DNA from: an uncultured Actinomycetes bacterium | Lineage (GTDB): Bacteria > Actinomycetota > Acidimicrobiia > IMCC26256 > JAOSJL01 | Assembly (NCBI GenBank): GCA_963704035.1 | Contig: CAVPGR010000004.1 | Span: forward strand, 1,338,438 to 1,402,437 | Length of the DNA stretch: 64,000 nucleotides | Direction: 5' to 3' | Shown here: positions 1 through 8,268 of the stretch, in pieces | Position numbering within the stretch: position 1 is the stretch's first letter | Layout: the number at the start of each line of letters is the position of its first letter | Translations under genes and position numbers: made by a program | Notes under the pieces: model-generated | What the model was told of the DNA's origin: nothing | The model's input: the letters and a program-made list of their open reading frames with translations, nothing else | The model's database searches: none

Positions 1-827
1 GCTTCGCGGGCGTCCTCGGGATCGAGGATCCCCTTCAACGCCAGTGGTCCCGACCAGTGTTCGCGGACCCAGGCGAGGTCGTCCCAGGTCACGCCGGGGT
101 CGAACTGGCCGTCGACCCACGCCTTGAACGCATCGGGCGTCGAGGCGTCGGGCACGGCCTTCTCGAGATTGCCGAACGTGAGTGGTTTGCCGCCGAGAGC
201 GACGTCGCGCACCCACGCCGGATGACGCGCGAAGTCGAGCCCCCGCACCAGCTTCCGGGCTGTCGGGAGTGGGCCGATGACGCCGTTGCGGACGTCGCGG
301 TAGCGGGCACCCACCACCGCGAGGTCGACGGTGAGCACGAGGACCCGGCACCCCGCTGCCTGTGCCCGGTGCATCAGGTCCTCGGCGTAGGCGCGGTCGC
401 GCATCACGTACAGCTGGTACCACAAGGGCCGGTCGGTGGCGGCGGCGACCTCCTCGATCGAACAGATCGACACCGTCGACTCGCAGAAGGGCACACCCGC
501 ATCGGCCGCCGCACGGGCGGCCTGGACCTCCGCGCGCGGGGCGAACATGCCGGCGAGGCCGACCGGCGCCAGCACGACGGGGAGCGACAGCTCCTCGCCC
601 AGCACCGTCGTCCCGAGATTCCGTACCGACACGTCGCGCATCACACGCTGGCGGAGGTGGATCCGACGGAGGTCGACGAGGTTGGCGGCCATCGTCGCTT
701 CCTCGTAGGCCCCACCTTCGATGTAGTCGAAGAGCTGGCGGGGCAGTCGCTTGCGTGCCAGATCCCGGTAGTCGCGTACCGACGCGGGCGCGAGCCCGAG
801 TGAGCGGTCTCCTCCGGTGAGGTTCAT
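1..827 (-). CDS. FMN-dependent alpha-hydroxy-acid dehydrogenase (L-lactate dehydrogenase/glycolate oxidase family), N-terminal part; continues past the window start
   Basis: My reverse translation from ATG at 827 gives MNLTGGDRSLGLAPASVRDYRDLARKRLPRQLFDYIEGGAYEE...GVPFCESTVS...PLWYQLYVMRDR...VLVLTVDLAVVGARYRDVRNG. It is absent from the ORF track because there is no stop inside the window. The + ORF 57..803 is its antisense shadow. Confidence 0.8.
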   Translation of the reverse strand, partial: MNLTGGDRSLGLAPASVRDYRDLARKRLPRQLFDYIEGGAYEEATMAANLVDLRRIHLRQRVMRDVSVRNLGTTVLGEELSLPVVLAPVGLAGMFAPRAEVQAARAAADAGVPFCESTVSICSIEEVAAATDRPLWYQLYVMRDRAYAEDLMHRAQAAGCRVLVLTVDLAVVGARYRDVRNGVIGPLPTARKLVRGLDFARHPAWVRDVALGGKPLTFGNLEKAVPDASTPDAFKAWVDGQFDPGVTWDDLAWVREHWSGPLALKGILDPEDARE

Positions 828-893
828 GGTGTTGATGGTGTCAGGTGGCGGCGCCACCACGATGAAGCACGGCGGTGGTCACGGAAGCGGAAT

Positions 894-1389
894 CTAGTCC
901 CGGAAGTTCACGAACTGGAGGGGGATGCCGAAGTCGGATTTCTTCAGCTCCGCGATGACCTCCTGGAGGGCGTCGCGCTTCTTGCCCGTGACGCGCAGCT
1001 GGTCGCCCTGGATCTGGTGCTGCACACCCTTCAGGCCCATGGCCTTGATGTGCTTGCCGATCTCCTTGCCCTTGGGCTGGTCGATCCCGACGTTGAGCGT
1101 GGCGACCTGGCGGGCGGTTCCCTTCGCCGCTTCCTCCACGGGTCCGTAGCTCACGGCCTTGAGCGACACCTTGCGCTTGACCAGCTTCTCCTCGAGCACC
1201 TGGCGGGCGGCCTTCAGGCGGTCCTCGGTGGCCGAGTTCACCTCGATCGTGCGGTCCTTGTCGTTCAGCTCGAGCTTGGTGCCGGTGTTCTTGAAGTCGA
1301 AGCGCGTGGAGCACCTCGCGGCCCGCCTGGTCCACTGCGTTGGTCACCTCGGCCATGTCGACCTCGGACACCACGTCGAAACTCGCCAT
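894..1389 (-). pseudogene. yajQ: YajQ-family nucleotide-binding protein (UPF0234), interrupted by a +1 frameshift near 1311
   Basis: The N-terminus MASFDVVSEVDMAEVTNAVDQAGREV (ATG at 1389) lies in the frame of ORF 841..1521. The C-terminus NSATEDRLKAARQVLEEKL...QIQGDQLRVTGKKRDALQEVIAELKKSDFGIPLQFVNFRD is ORF 894..1241. The span is 496 nt (3n+1). The coding strand reads GAG GTG [C] TCC ACG CGC TTC GAC TTC AAG. Confidence 0.85.
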
Positions 1390-1447
1390 CTGATCCCGCT
1401 CCCACAAGTCCGTTCCGGAAACCGCCGCTGGTATCGTACGCCGCTCA

Positions 1448-1530
1448 GGGTCGGTACCCGAGTGGCCAAAGGGGACGGGCTGTAAACCCGTTGCGGCAAC
1501 GCTACGTTGGTTCGAATCCAACCCGGCCCA
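1448..1530 (+). tRNA. tRNA-Tyr (anticodon GTA), long variable arm
   Basis: Acceptor GGGTCGG pairs with CCGGCCC. Anticodon loop is CTGTAAA. T arm is GTTGG-TTCGAAT-CCAAC. Discriminator is A and CCA is not encoded. Confidence 0.9.
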
Positions 1531-1551
1531 CTGGCGCGAGCCCGCGGAGAC

Positions 1552-2052
1552 CTAGAGCAATTCCTGGCAGATGGTGCGCTCGACGCCGTTGCTGATGATG
1601 CCGTAGTCGATGTCGCCCATCGTGCATTCGCCCGGCGCCTCGTCGACCAACTCGACGACGCGGGCGGTCGCCGCCGGGTCGTCGCACGGGAGGCTCGTGG
1701 AGGGCTCCGACTCTTCGGATGTCGCATCGGTGCAGTCGCCGACTTCGAGCGACGTCAGGTCGAAAGTGATCGGACCCAGACAGATGTTGTCGCCGTCGGC
1801 CTCGAACTTCTCGTAGCCCTCGCCACAGGCGCTGCCCTCCAGGCTGGTGGAGATGACCCCGTCGACCTCGTAGACGGCTGACGGGTCGTCGCAGGGGACC
1901 TTCTCCGCCGTGCCTCCTTCGAGCTCGGTGGTGCAGTCACCGACCTCGAAGCCACTTGCCGCGCTCTGCGACCCCGACGACGAGTCTCCGTCGCTGTCAT
2001 TCCCGCACGCAGCCATGAGCAGTCCCCGGCTGCGTAGCGGCGAGACGAGCAT
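1552..2052 (-). CDS. Cys-rich acidic lipoprotein of unknown function with an internal duplicated motif
   Basis: ORF 1552..2226. The internal start MLVSPLRSRGLLMAACGNDSDGD gives a signal peptide plus lipobox (LMAAC). The motif VGDCT...PCDDP occurs twice. Confidence 0.55.
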   Translation of the reverse strand: MLVSPLRSRGLLMAACGNDSDGDSSSGSQSAASGFEVGDCTTELEGGTAEKVPCDDPSAVYEVDGVISTSLEGSACGEGYEKFEADGDNICLGPITFDLTSLEVGDCTDATSEESEPSTSLPCDDPAATARVVELVDEAPGECTMGDIDYGIISNGVERTICQELL

Positions 2053-2164
2053 CAGCCGCCTGCATACTGTCTCCGTCTCATCGTCGACATCATGCGCTTC
2101 CCTCTTCGTCAGCGGCGAATCACGCCGAGCGTAGCACTCGCGGCGCCTGGGCTCGATCGGCATC

Positions 2165-2726
2165 TCAGAGCAGGCGCTGCATCTCGACGACGTCGAGCCA
2201 GCGACCGAACTTGCGCCCGACCTCACGCTCCACCCCGACCATCTCGAACCCGCACGCCGTGTGCAGCGCGATCGACGCCTCGTTGTGGTCGGCGATGCGT
2301 GCGATCACGGAGTGGAATCCGCCGTCGGCGGCCAGGACTAGGAGTTCGTCGAGCAGAGCGCGTCCGTGTCCGCGGCCGTGACGGTCTTCGCGGACGTAGA
2401 CGGAGTCCTCGACGGTGGTGGCGTAGGCCGGTCGGGAGCGGAACGGGGACAGCGACAGCGAACCCGACGATGTCTTCCACCGCCGGTGTCTTCCGGATCG
2501 GCTGTTCTCGACAGCCACGATCGCCGGGTGGCCGCCGGAGTGCTCCGCGATCCAGCGCACCTGATCCTCCGAGGCTGCGGGGGAGGATGTCGAAGATGGC
2601 CGTGGAGCGGGTGACGACCTCGTTGTGGATGGCGAGGATCCCGGCGGCGTCCGCCGGGTGACCCTCCGGATCGACACCGAGGGGCTCTGGCGTCGGCTCT
2701 GCGGGGCCCTTCGAGGCGTCGCTCAT
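2165..2726 (-). pseudogene. GNAT N-acetyltransferase (phosphinothricin/amino-acid N-acyltransferase-like) with several frame changes
   Basis: The N-terminus MSDASKGPAEP...GILAIHNEVVTRSTAIFDILP lies in the frame of ORF 2223..2726. The segment ...SEDQVRWIAEHSGGHPAIVAVENS and the C-terminus SLSPFRSRPAYATTVEDSVYVREDRHGRGHGRALLDELL...EMQRLL lie in the frame of ORF 2165..2677. The expected VEDIVGFA segment is back in the first frame. The span is 562 nt (3n+1). Shifts are near 2579-2583 (G5 run), about 2500 and about 2456. Confidence 0.7.
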
Positions 2727-2795
2727 GGGTCGCCAAGGTAGTTGCCGCCCGGCCGGATGGTGGCGAGCACGGCGTTGCTATCCTTGGCCGGCTCC

Positions 2796-2868
2796 GCCCC
2801 CTTAGCTCAGTCGGCAGAGCGCTTCCATGGTAAGGAAGAGGTCTACGGTTCAAATCCGTAAGGGGGCT
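2796..2868 (+). tRNA. tRNA-Thr (anticodon GGT)
   Basis: Acceptor GCCCCCT pairs with AGGGGGC. D arm is GCTC-AGTCGGCA-GAGC. Anticodon stem-loop is CTTCC-ATGGTAA-GGAAG. T arm is TACGG-TTCAAAT-CCGTA. Confidence 0.9.
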
Positions 2869-2894
2869 CTGTCCGGGGCTGCGACCCTGGTCAC

Positions 2895-2972
2895 GGCGGA
2901 GTAGCTCAGTCTGGTAAGAGCACGCGGCTCATAATCGCGGCGTCGCGGGTTCAAATCCCGCCTCCGCTACCA
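2895..2972 (+). tRNA. tRNA-Met (anticodon CAT, elongator-like), CCA encoded
   Basis: Acceptor GGCGGAG pairs with CTCCGCT. Anticodon loop is CTCATAA. T arm is GCGGG-TTCAAAT-CCCGC. The 3' end is ACCA. A tRNA-Ile2 identity (lysidine-modified CAT) cannot be excluded from sequence alone. Confidence 0.85.
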
Positions 2973-3031
2973 AGGCCGACGGCGGCGACGCCCGAGGCAC
3001 AGCGGTACACGGCGAACACAGGAGACGACCC

Positions 3032-4221
3032 ATGTCGAAGGAGAAGTTCGAGCGGACGAAGCCGCATTTGAATGTTGGGACGATTGGTCATATCGATCAT
3101 GGGAAGACGACGTTGACCGCTGCGATCACCAAGGTGTTGGCGGATCAGAATCCGGACGTGAATTTTTCGCCGTTTGATTCGATCGACAAGGCTCCGGAGG
3201 AAAAGGAGCGTGGGATCACGATTTCGATTTCTCATGTGGAGTATGAGACCGAGAATCGTCATTACGCCCATGTGGATTGTCCGGGCCATGCGGATTACAT
3301 CAAGAACATGATCACGGGTGCCGCGCAGATGGACGGCGCGATTTTGGTGGTGGCGGCGACTGATGGGCCGATGCCTCAGACCCGTGAGCATGTGTCTGTT
3401 GGCCCGCCAGGTCGGGGTGCCGATCGATTGTGGTGGCGTTGAACAAGGCCGACATGGTCGATGACGAAGAGATCATGGAGTTGGTGGAGCTCGAGGTGCG
3501 TGAGTTGTTGACCGAGTACGGCTTCGAGGGTGATGAGGTGCCGATCGTGGCGGTGTCTGCGTTGAAGGCTCTGGAGGGCGACGCCGATGCGGCAGCGCAG
3601 GTGTTGGAGTTGATGGAAAAGGTCGACGAGTACGTGCCCGAGCCGGTGCGTGATGTCGACAAGGCGTTTTTGATGCCGATCGAGGATGTGTTCACGATCA
3701 CGGGTCGTGGCACGGTCGTGACGGGTCGTGTGGAGCGTGGGATCGTGCATGTGAACGACGAGGTGGAGATCGTCGGGATCAAAGACACGCCGAACACGAC
3801 GGTCACGGGCGTCGAGATGTTCCGCAAGCTCTTGGACGAGGGTCGTGCGGGCGACAACATCGGTGCGTTGTTGCGTGGCACAGCCAAAGAAGACGTGGAG
3901 CGCGGTCAGGTGCTCGCCAAGCCGGGCAGTATCACGCCGCACACCAAGTTCGAAGGTCAGGTCTACGTGTTGACCAAGGACGAAGGTGGACGTCACACTC
4001 CGTTTTTCGGGAACTACCGTCCGCAGTTCTATTTCCGTACGACCGACATCACCGGCAGTATCGAGTTGCCCGAGGGCACCGAGATGGTGATGCCCGGCGA
4101 CAACACCGAGATGACCGTCGAGTTGATCAACCCGATCGCGATGGAAGAAGGCCTGTTGTTCGCCATTCGAGAAGGTGGCCGCACCGTCGGATCCGGCCGC
4201 GTCACCAAAATCATCGAATAG
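3032..4221 (+). pseudogene. tuf: Elongation factor Tu, copy 1, interrupted by two single-base insertions (3396 and 3426)
   Basis: ORF 3032..3442 ([28 protein letters not shown]...PMPQTREHV) plus ORF 3430..4221 ([13 protein letters not shown]...[14 protein letters not shown]). Alignment to copy 2 shows gtgt[c]tgttggcc and ccgatc[g]attgtgg. The frame goes 2, then 0, then 1. Confidence 0.9.
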
Positions 4222-4230
4222 GAAGAGACC

Positions 4231-4392
4231 ATGGCAAGCGACAAACGGGTCGAGGTCACGCTCGAGTGCACGGAGTGCAAGCGGCGCAACTACACGACCA
4301 CGAAGAACAAGATCAACCACCGAGAGCGGATCGAGATGAAGAAGTACTGCCGCTGGGAGCAACGTCACACGCTCCACAAGGAAACGCGCTGA
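4231..4392 (+). CDS. rpmG: 50S ribosomal protein L33
   Basis: My translation: [53 protein letters not shown] (53 aa, below the ORF-track cutoff). It starts 10 nt after the tuf stop. Confidence 0.9.
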   Translation: MASDKRVEVTLECTECKRRNYTTTKNKINHRERIEMKKYCRWEQRHTLHKETR

Positions 4393-4452
4393 TATCCCTG
4401 ATCCCGCTGGTCTTGCCGGCGAGTAACCCCCGGGGCTCCGCGGAGGTCCTAC

Positions 4453-5052
4453 ATGGGTGACGACAGCACCGTGGGCACAGACACCGGGGACGTTCTCGAC
4501 GAGCTGGCCGCGTCCGCACGCGACGGCGATCTGGTCGCGTTCGAGGAACTGGTCCGTCGCACCCACGCCGACACGTTCACCCTGGCTGTCAGGCTGATGG
4601 GGAACGAGGAAGACGCTGCGGACGTGACCCAAGAGGCGTACCTGCGGGCATGGAAGGGCATCCGGCGCTTCCGCGGCGACGCGCGCTTCACCACCTGGAT
4701 GTACCGCATCACGGCGAACACGGCGAACAACCACCGCGAGCGCCGGCGCCGCACTCAGGCCGACGCTCTCGACGAGCTGGCCGAGCCGATCGACCTCGCC
4801 CCCGAACGCCAGCCTGAGCTCATGGCCGAGTCGGATGAGGGAATGGTCGCTCTGTCGAGCGCACTCGACGCCCTGCCTCCGAAACTCCGTGCCGTGGTCG
4901 TGTTGAAGGACGTGTACGACCTGACCCACGAGGCCATCGCCGAGGAGCTCGACATTTCCGAGACCGCTGCCAAAGTTCGCCTCCACCGGGGCCGAAAGAA
5001 GCTGCGTGAGGAGCTCGACGCCCGGGAGGGGAGAGCCGCGCATGCCGTCTGA
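4453..5052 (+). CDS. ECF (group 4) RNA polymerase sigma factor
   Basis: ORF 4453..5052. Region 2 is FEELVRRTHADTFTLAVRLMGNEEDAADVTQEAYLRAWKGIRRFRGDARFTTWMYRITAN. Region 4 is LPPKLRAVVVLKDVYDLTHEAIAEELDISETAAKVRLHRGRKKL. Confidence 0.85.
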   Translation: MGDDSTVGTDTGDVLDELAASARDGDLVAFEELVRRTHADTFTLAVRLMGNEEDAADVTQEAYLRAWKGIRRFRGDARFTTWMYRITANTANNHRERRRRTQADALDELAEPIDLAPERQPELMAESDEGMVALSSALDALPPKLRAVVVLKDVYDLTHEAIAEELDISETAAKVRLHRGRKKLREELDAREGRAAHAV

Positions 5053-5443
5053 CGCCACGCTCGCGACCCGATCCGAACCGACCTGTGCCGAGGTGGCCGC
5101 GCTGTTGCCCGACGCGATCGACACCGCCGAGCCGTTCGACTTCGCGGTCCGGCACCACGTGGAGAGCTGCCTGCGCTGCCAGGCGGAGGTGGCGCGCTAC
5201 CGGGTCGTGCTCCGGGGACTTCACGAGCTGCGGACCCGCTATCTCGAGCCGGCTCCCGGTCTGTTGGCCGAGACACTGGCCGCCCTGGAAGCCGAGGGTG
5301 AACGTCGGGTACTGCGCTCGGTGCTCACCGGCCGTCGGCTGGCCTACGCCGGCGCCATCGGTGGCACGTTGGCGGCCGCAGGCGCCGCGGCGACCGCCGT
5401 GATGATCGCCCGCTCCCGACGCGGGCATCAGCTAGCAAGCTGA
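5042..5443 (+). CDS. Zinc-binding (ZAS-type) membrane anti-sigma factor
   Basis: The ATG at 5042 overlaps the sigma stop. An H-x3-C-x2-C motif is present (HVESCLRCQ). There is a C-terminal hydrophobic segment LAYAGAIGGTLAAAGAAATAVMIA. Confidence 0.75.
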   Translation: MPSDATLATRSEPTCAEVAALLPDAIDTAEPFDFAVRHHVESCLRCQAEVARYRVVLRGLHELRTRYLEPAPGLLAETLAALEAEGERRVLRSVLTGRRLAYAGAIGGTLAAAGAAATAVMIARSRRGHQLAS

Positions 5444-5469
5444 ATTCGCCAGCTGATCCTCCCGCTCTA

Positions 5470-5528
5470 GGCGCCTTCGGCGCCAGGCCGCTCGGGCCCC
5501 GGCTCGGGCGGCGCAGGATACCTGCGCC
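5470..5528 (+). terminator. Two GC-rich hairpins downstream of the anti-sigma gene (5470..5484 GGCGCC-ttc-GGCGCC; 5510..5528 GGCGCAGG-ata-CCTGCGCC)
   Basis: Both are perfect inverted repeats read directly from the sequence. Neither has a U-tract, so terminator function is uncertain. Confidence 0.3.
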
Positions 5529-5614
5529 ACTGTTCCTCGCCTTCGTTCCGTCCGGAGGGCTCGCAACCTCACTGCTAACCTCATGATGTTCTGTGCGCCG
5601 GTGCCGGTGTACGA

Positions 5615-5688
5615 AGGGCAGTAGCTCAATTAGGCAGAGCACCGGTCTCCAAAACCGGCGGTTGGGGGTTCGATTCCCTCCTGCCCTG
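5615..5688 (+). tRNA. tRNA-Trp (anticodon CCA)
   Basis: Acceptor AGGGCAG pairs with CTGCCCT. Anticodon stem-loop is CCGGT-CTCCAAA-ACCGG. T loop is TTCGATT. Confidence 0.9.
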
Positions 5689-5689
5689 C

Positions 5690-5770
5690 TCAGTTCCGAA
5701 TCAGTTCCGAATCAGCCCCGACGTACTCCCGCCACCGATCAGCACGACCCGAATCCGAGCGAATCCGAGC
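5690..5770 (+). repeat. Short tandem duplications in the tRNA-Trp/secE spacer: tcagttccgaa x2.4 (5690..5715) and gaatccgagc x2 (5751..5770)
   Basis: Read directly from the sequence. The core CCGAATC occurs four times in 80 nt. Confidence 0.8.
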
Positions 5771-5785
5771 AGAAGAAGAGCCAGC

Positions 5786-6079
5786 GTGTCGCAGAATCGC
5801 CAGACCCGGCGTCTCATGGAGAAGCAGGGTGAGGGAAAGGCCCCGAAAGACAAGAGGGCCAAGGCAGCGGCCGGCGCGGCGCGCCCGAAGAAGGAGCGCA
5901 CGTCACCGCGCACCTACCTCAGCGAGGTGCGCAGCGAGCTCAAGAAGGTCGTGTGGCCCGACCGCGCCGAGGTCGTCAACTCGACGGTGATCGTCCTGAT
6001 CGCCATCGTGATCCTGACGGCGTTCGTGTTCGGCGTCGACTGGGTCTCGTCCAAGTTCATCCTCTGGCTCTACGAGTAG
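5786..6079 (+). CDS. secE: Preprotein translocase subunit SecE
   Basis: ORF 5786..6079 has a basic N-terminus followed by LSEVRSELKKVVWPDRAEVVNSTVIVLIAIVILTAFVFGVDW. It sits in the conserved position before nusG. Confidence 0.85.
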   Translation: MSQNRQTRRLMEKQGEGKAPKDKRAKAAAGAARPKKERTSPRTYLSEVRSELKKVVWPDRAEVVNSTVIVLIAIVILTAFVFGVDWVSSKFILWLYE

Positions 6080-6085
6080 GAACCC

Positions 6086-6976
6086 ATGACCACCGACAGC
6101 ACACCGGTGGGTGAGCAGCCGCCCGCGGCTCCCGACGCCCCCGCAGACGACACCGAGACCGACGAGTCCCTCCCGGAGTGGGCCCAGGTCGAGCCGACGC
6201 GCCCTGAGGACGCCACGCCCGAAGAGGCCGTGGCCACGCTCGCGGCCGTTGCCGAGACACCTGCCGAGGAACCCGAGGAGCCGGCGGAAGAGCCCGAGGT
6301 ACCGGCCGAGGCGCTGGAGAGCGCGGAACTGATCGACGTCAGTGAAGAAGGTGGCGAAGAGGAGCCTGCCGCCCCGAGCCCCTTCGACCGCCCGGGCGAC
6401 TGGTACGTCGTGCACACCTACGCCGGCTACGAGAACAAGGTGAAGCAGAACCTCGAGAGCCGCGTCCGCTCGATGAACGTGGAAGAGCGGATCTACGAGA
6501 CGGCCGTACCGCTCGAGGACGTGATCGAGTTCAAGGGTGGCCGCAAGGTCACCGTGAAAAAGAAGGTGTTCCCCGGCTACCTGCTGGTGCGCTGCCGTCT
6601 CGACGACGACGCCTGGTACGTGGTGCGCAACACACCGGGGGTCACCGGTTTCGTGGGGAGTGGTTCCAAGCCCACGCCGTTGTCGCGCAAGGAAGTGGAG
6701 TCGATCCTCGGGGTCACCCCCGACAGCACGGGCCCGGAGCGCAAGGCCCGACCGCGTTTCGGCTTCGACGTCGGCGAGCAGGTGCGCGTCACCGCCGGCC
6801 CCTTCGCCGACTTCAACGGCGCGATCAGCGAGATCGACATGGACAAGTCCAAGCTCAAGGTCCTGGTGAACATCTTCGGCCGGGAGACCCCGGTCGAGTT
6901 GGAGTTCGGCCAAGTCGCCAAGCTTGTAGGAATCAGGAGCAAAGGGAAATGGCAAAAAAAGTCGCAGCAGTTGTGA
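6086..6976 (+). CDS. nusG: Transcription termination/antitermination factor NusG with a roughly 110-aa acidic N-terminal extension; the C-terminal 16 aa are suspicious
   Basis: ORF 6086..6976 contains [19 protein letters not shown]...[32 protein letters not shown]...[11 protein letters not shown]. It then runs on as [16 protein letters not shown], overlapping rplK by 28 nt. Confidence 0.9.
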   Translation: MTTDSTPVGEQPPAAPDAPADDTETDESLPEWAQVEPTRPEDATPEEAVATLAAVAETPAEEPEEPAEEPEVPAEALESAELIDVSEEGGEEEPAAPSPFDRPGDWYVVHTYAGYENKVKQNLESRVRSMNVEERIYETAVPLEDVIEFKGGRKVTVKKKVFPGYLLVRCRLDDDAWYVVRNTPGVTGFVGSGSKPTPLSRKEVESILGVTPDSTGPERKARPRFGFDVGEQVRVTAGPFADFNGAISEIDMDKSKLKVLVNIFGRETPVELEFGQVAKLVGIRSKGKWQKKSQQL

Positions 6977-7371
6977 AGATCCAGATTCCGGCCGGCGAGG
7001 CGAACCCCGCGCCGCCGGTGGGTACTGCCCTCGGTCCGCACGGGATCGCGATCATGGACTTCTGCAAGGCGTACAACGAGAAGACCCAGGACCAGCGCGG
7101 CACCGTGATCCCCGCGGAGATCACGATCTTCGAGGACCGCAGCTTCACGTTCATCACGAAGACGCCACCCACGGCCGTTCTCCTGAAGAAGGCGGCTGGT
7201 CTCGACAAGGCGTCGGAGGCACCGGGGCGTGAGCCGGCCGGCACGGTGCCGAAGGCCAAGGTGCGCGAGATCGCGGAGATCAAGATGCCCGACCTGAACG
7301 CCGTCGACATCGAGGGCGCCATGCTCCAGGTGGCGGGCACCGCCCGTTCGATGGGCCTGAAGGTCGAGTGA
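6949..7371 (+). CDS. rplK: 50S ribosomal protein L11
   Basis: [46 protein letters not shown]. An AGGAG motif at 6935..6939 lies 9 nt upstream. Confidence 0.95.
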   Translation: MAKKVAAVVKIQIPAGEANPAPPVGTALGPHGIAIMDFCKAYNEKTQDQRGTVIPAEITIFEDRSFTFITKTPPTAVLLKKAAGLDKASEAPGREPAGTVPKAKVREIAEIKMPDLNAVDIEGAMLQVAGTARSMGLKVE

Positions 7372-8090
7372 TCATGACCAGGGGAAAGAAGTACACCGAC
7401 GCGACGCGTCGCTACGACGGGGAGAACCTGCACGAGCCCGCCGAGGCTCTCGAGCTGGTGAAGACCCTCGCCACGAAGAACTTCGACGAGACGATCGAGG
7501 CGACGTTCCGCCTCGGCGTCGACCCCCGAAAGGCGGAGCAGATGGTGCGTGGCACCGTCTCGCTCCCTTCCGGCACGGGTAAGTCGGTGAAGGTGGCCGT
7601 CTTCGCCGAGGGAGATCTCGCCACACAGGCGCAGGACGCCGGCGCCGACATCGTGGGTGCCGACGACCTCGTGGAGAAGGTCGAGGGGGGTTTCGTCGAC
7701 TTCGACGTGGCCATCTCCACGCCCGAGCTGATGGGCAAGGTCGGAAAGCTCGGTCGTGTCCTCGGGCCCCGCGGGCTCATGCCGAACCCCAAGACGGGCA
7801 CCGTCACCCCCGACATCGGCGAGGCTGTCGGGGAGTTCAAGGCGGGCAAGGTGGAGTACCGCACGGACAGGCACGGCAACGTGCACGTTCCCATCGGCAA
7901 GGCGAGCTTCTCCGCTGGAGACCTGTCGGCCAACTTCCACGCCGTGCTCGAGGAGATCATGCGGGCACGCCCGGCCTCCACCAAGGGGCGTTACCTCGTG
8001 ACCGTGTCGTTGTCGTCGACCATGGGTCCCGGCGTTCGGATCGACCCGGCCCACGCGGCCGATCTGACCGAGGAGGCCGAGGCGGGGTAG
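7368..8090 (+). CDS. rplA: 50S ribosomal protein L1
   Basis: ORF 7368..8090: [59 protein letters not shown]. An alternative ATG is at 7374. Confidence 0.95.
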   Translation: MIMTRGKKYTDATRRYDGENLHEPAEALELVKTLATKNFDETIEATFRLGVDPRKAEQMVRGTVSLPSGTGKSVKVAVFAEGDLATQAQDAGADIVGADDLVEKVEGGFVDFDVAISTPELMGKVGKLGRVLGPRGLMPNPKTGTVTPDIGEAVGEFKAGKVEYRTDRHGNVHVPIGKASFSAGDLSANFHAVLEEIMRARPASTKGRYLVTVSLSSTMGPGVRIDPAHAADLTEEAEAG

Positions 8091-8268
8091 CCTCTTCGGC
8101 TCACAACTTCATCTGTGCCGCAGACCTTCGGTCTCGGTCGGTGAACCTGCTCCGGCGGGTCGCCACCGAGGTAATCCGCCCAGCGTGGCGGGCCGGACGA
8201 GGTGCCCGACGTACGGGGTGCTGCGCGGTTCGCGGCACTCCGTTTTTCATTTTCTGAGAGGAAGGGCC
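8091..8268 (+). promoter_or_regulatory. rplJ leader with an attenuator-like hairpin plus T-tract (8218..8253)
   Basis: The stem GTGCTGCG-cggtt-CGCGGCAC is followed by tccgtttttcatttt, which is the only T-run in this GC-rich spacer. Its position matches known L10(L12)4-regulated leaders. Confidence 0.45.

Noticed and set aside
57-803. The + strand 248-aa ORF at the window start
   Set aside because: Its translation is low-complexity. The opposite strand gives a clean FMN-dependent alpha-hydroxy-acid dehydrogenase starting at 827.
2895-2972. tRNA-Met(CAT) as the initiator tRNA
   Set aside because: The anticodon stem lacks the three consecutive G-C pairs typical of initiator tRNA, and position 1-72 is paired (G-U). 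It is more consistent with an elongator Met, or possibly Ile2.
3390-3430. Programmed ribosomal frameshifting or transcriptional slippage as an explanation for the tuf, rpsS and aqpZ frame changes
   Set aside because: There is no slippery heptamer, no homopolymer run and no stimulatory SD-like or stem-loop element at any site. The two tuf copies are interrupted at different positions, and each has the uninterrupted sequence where the other is broken.
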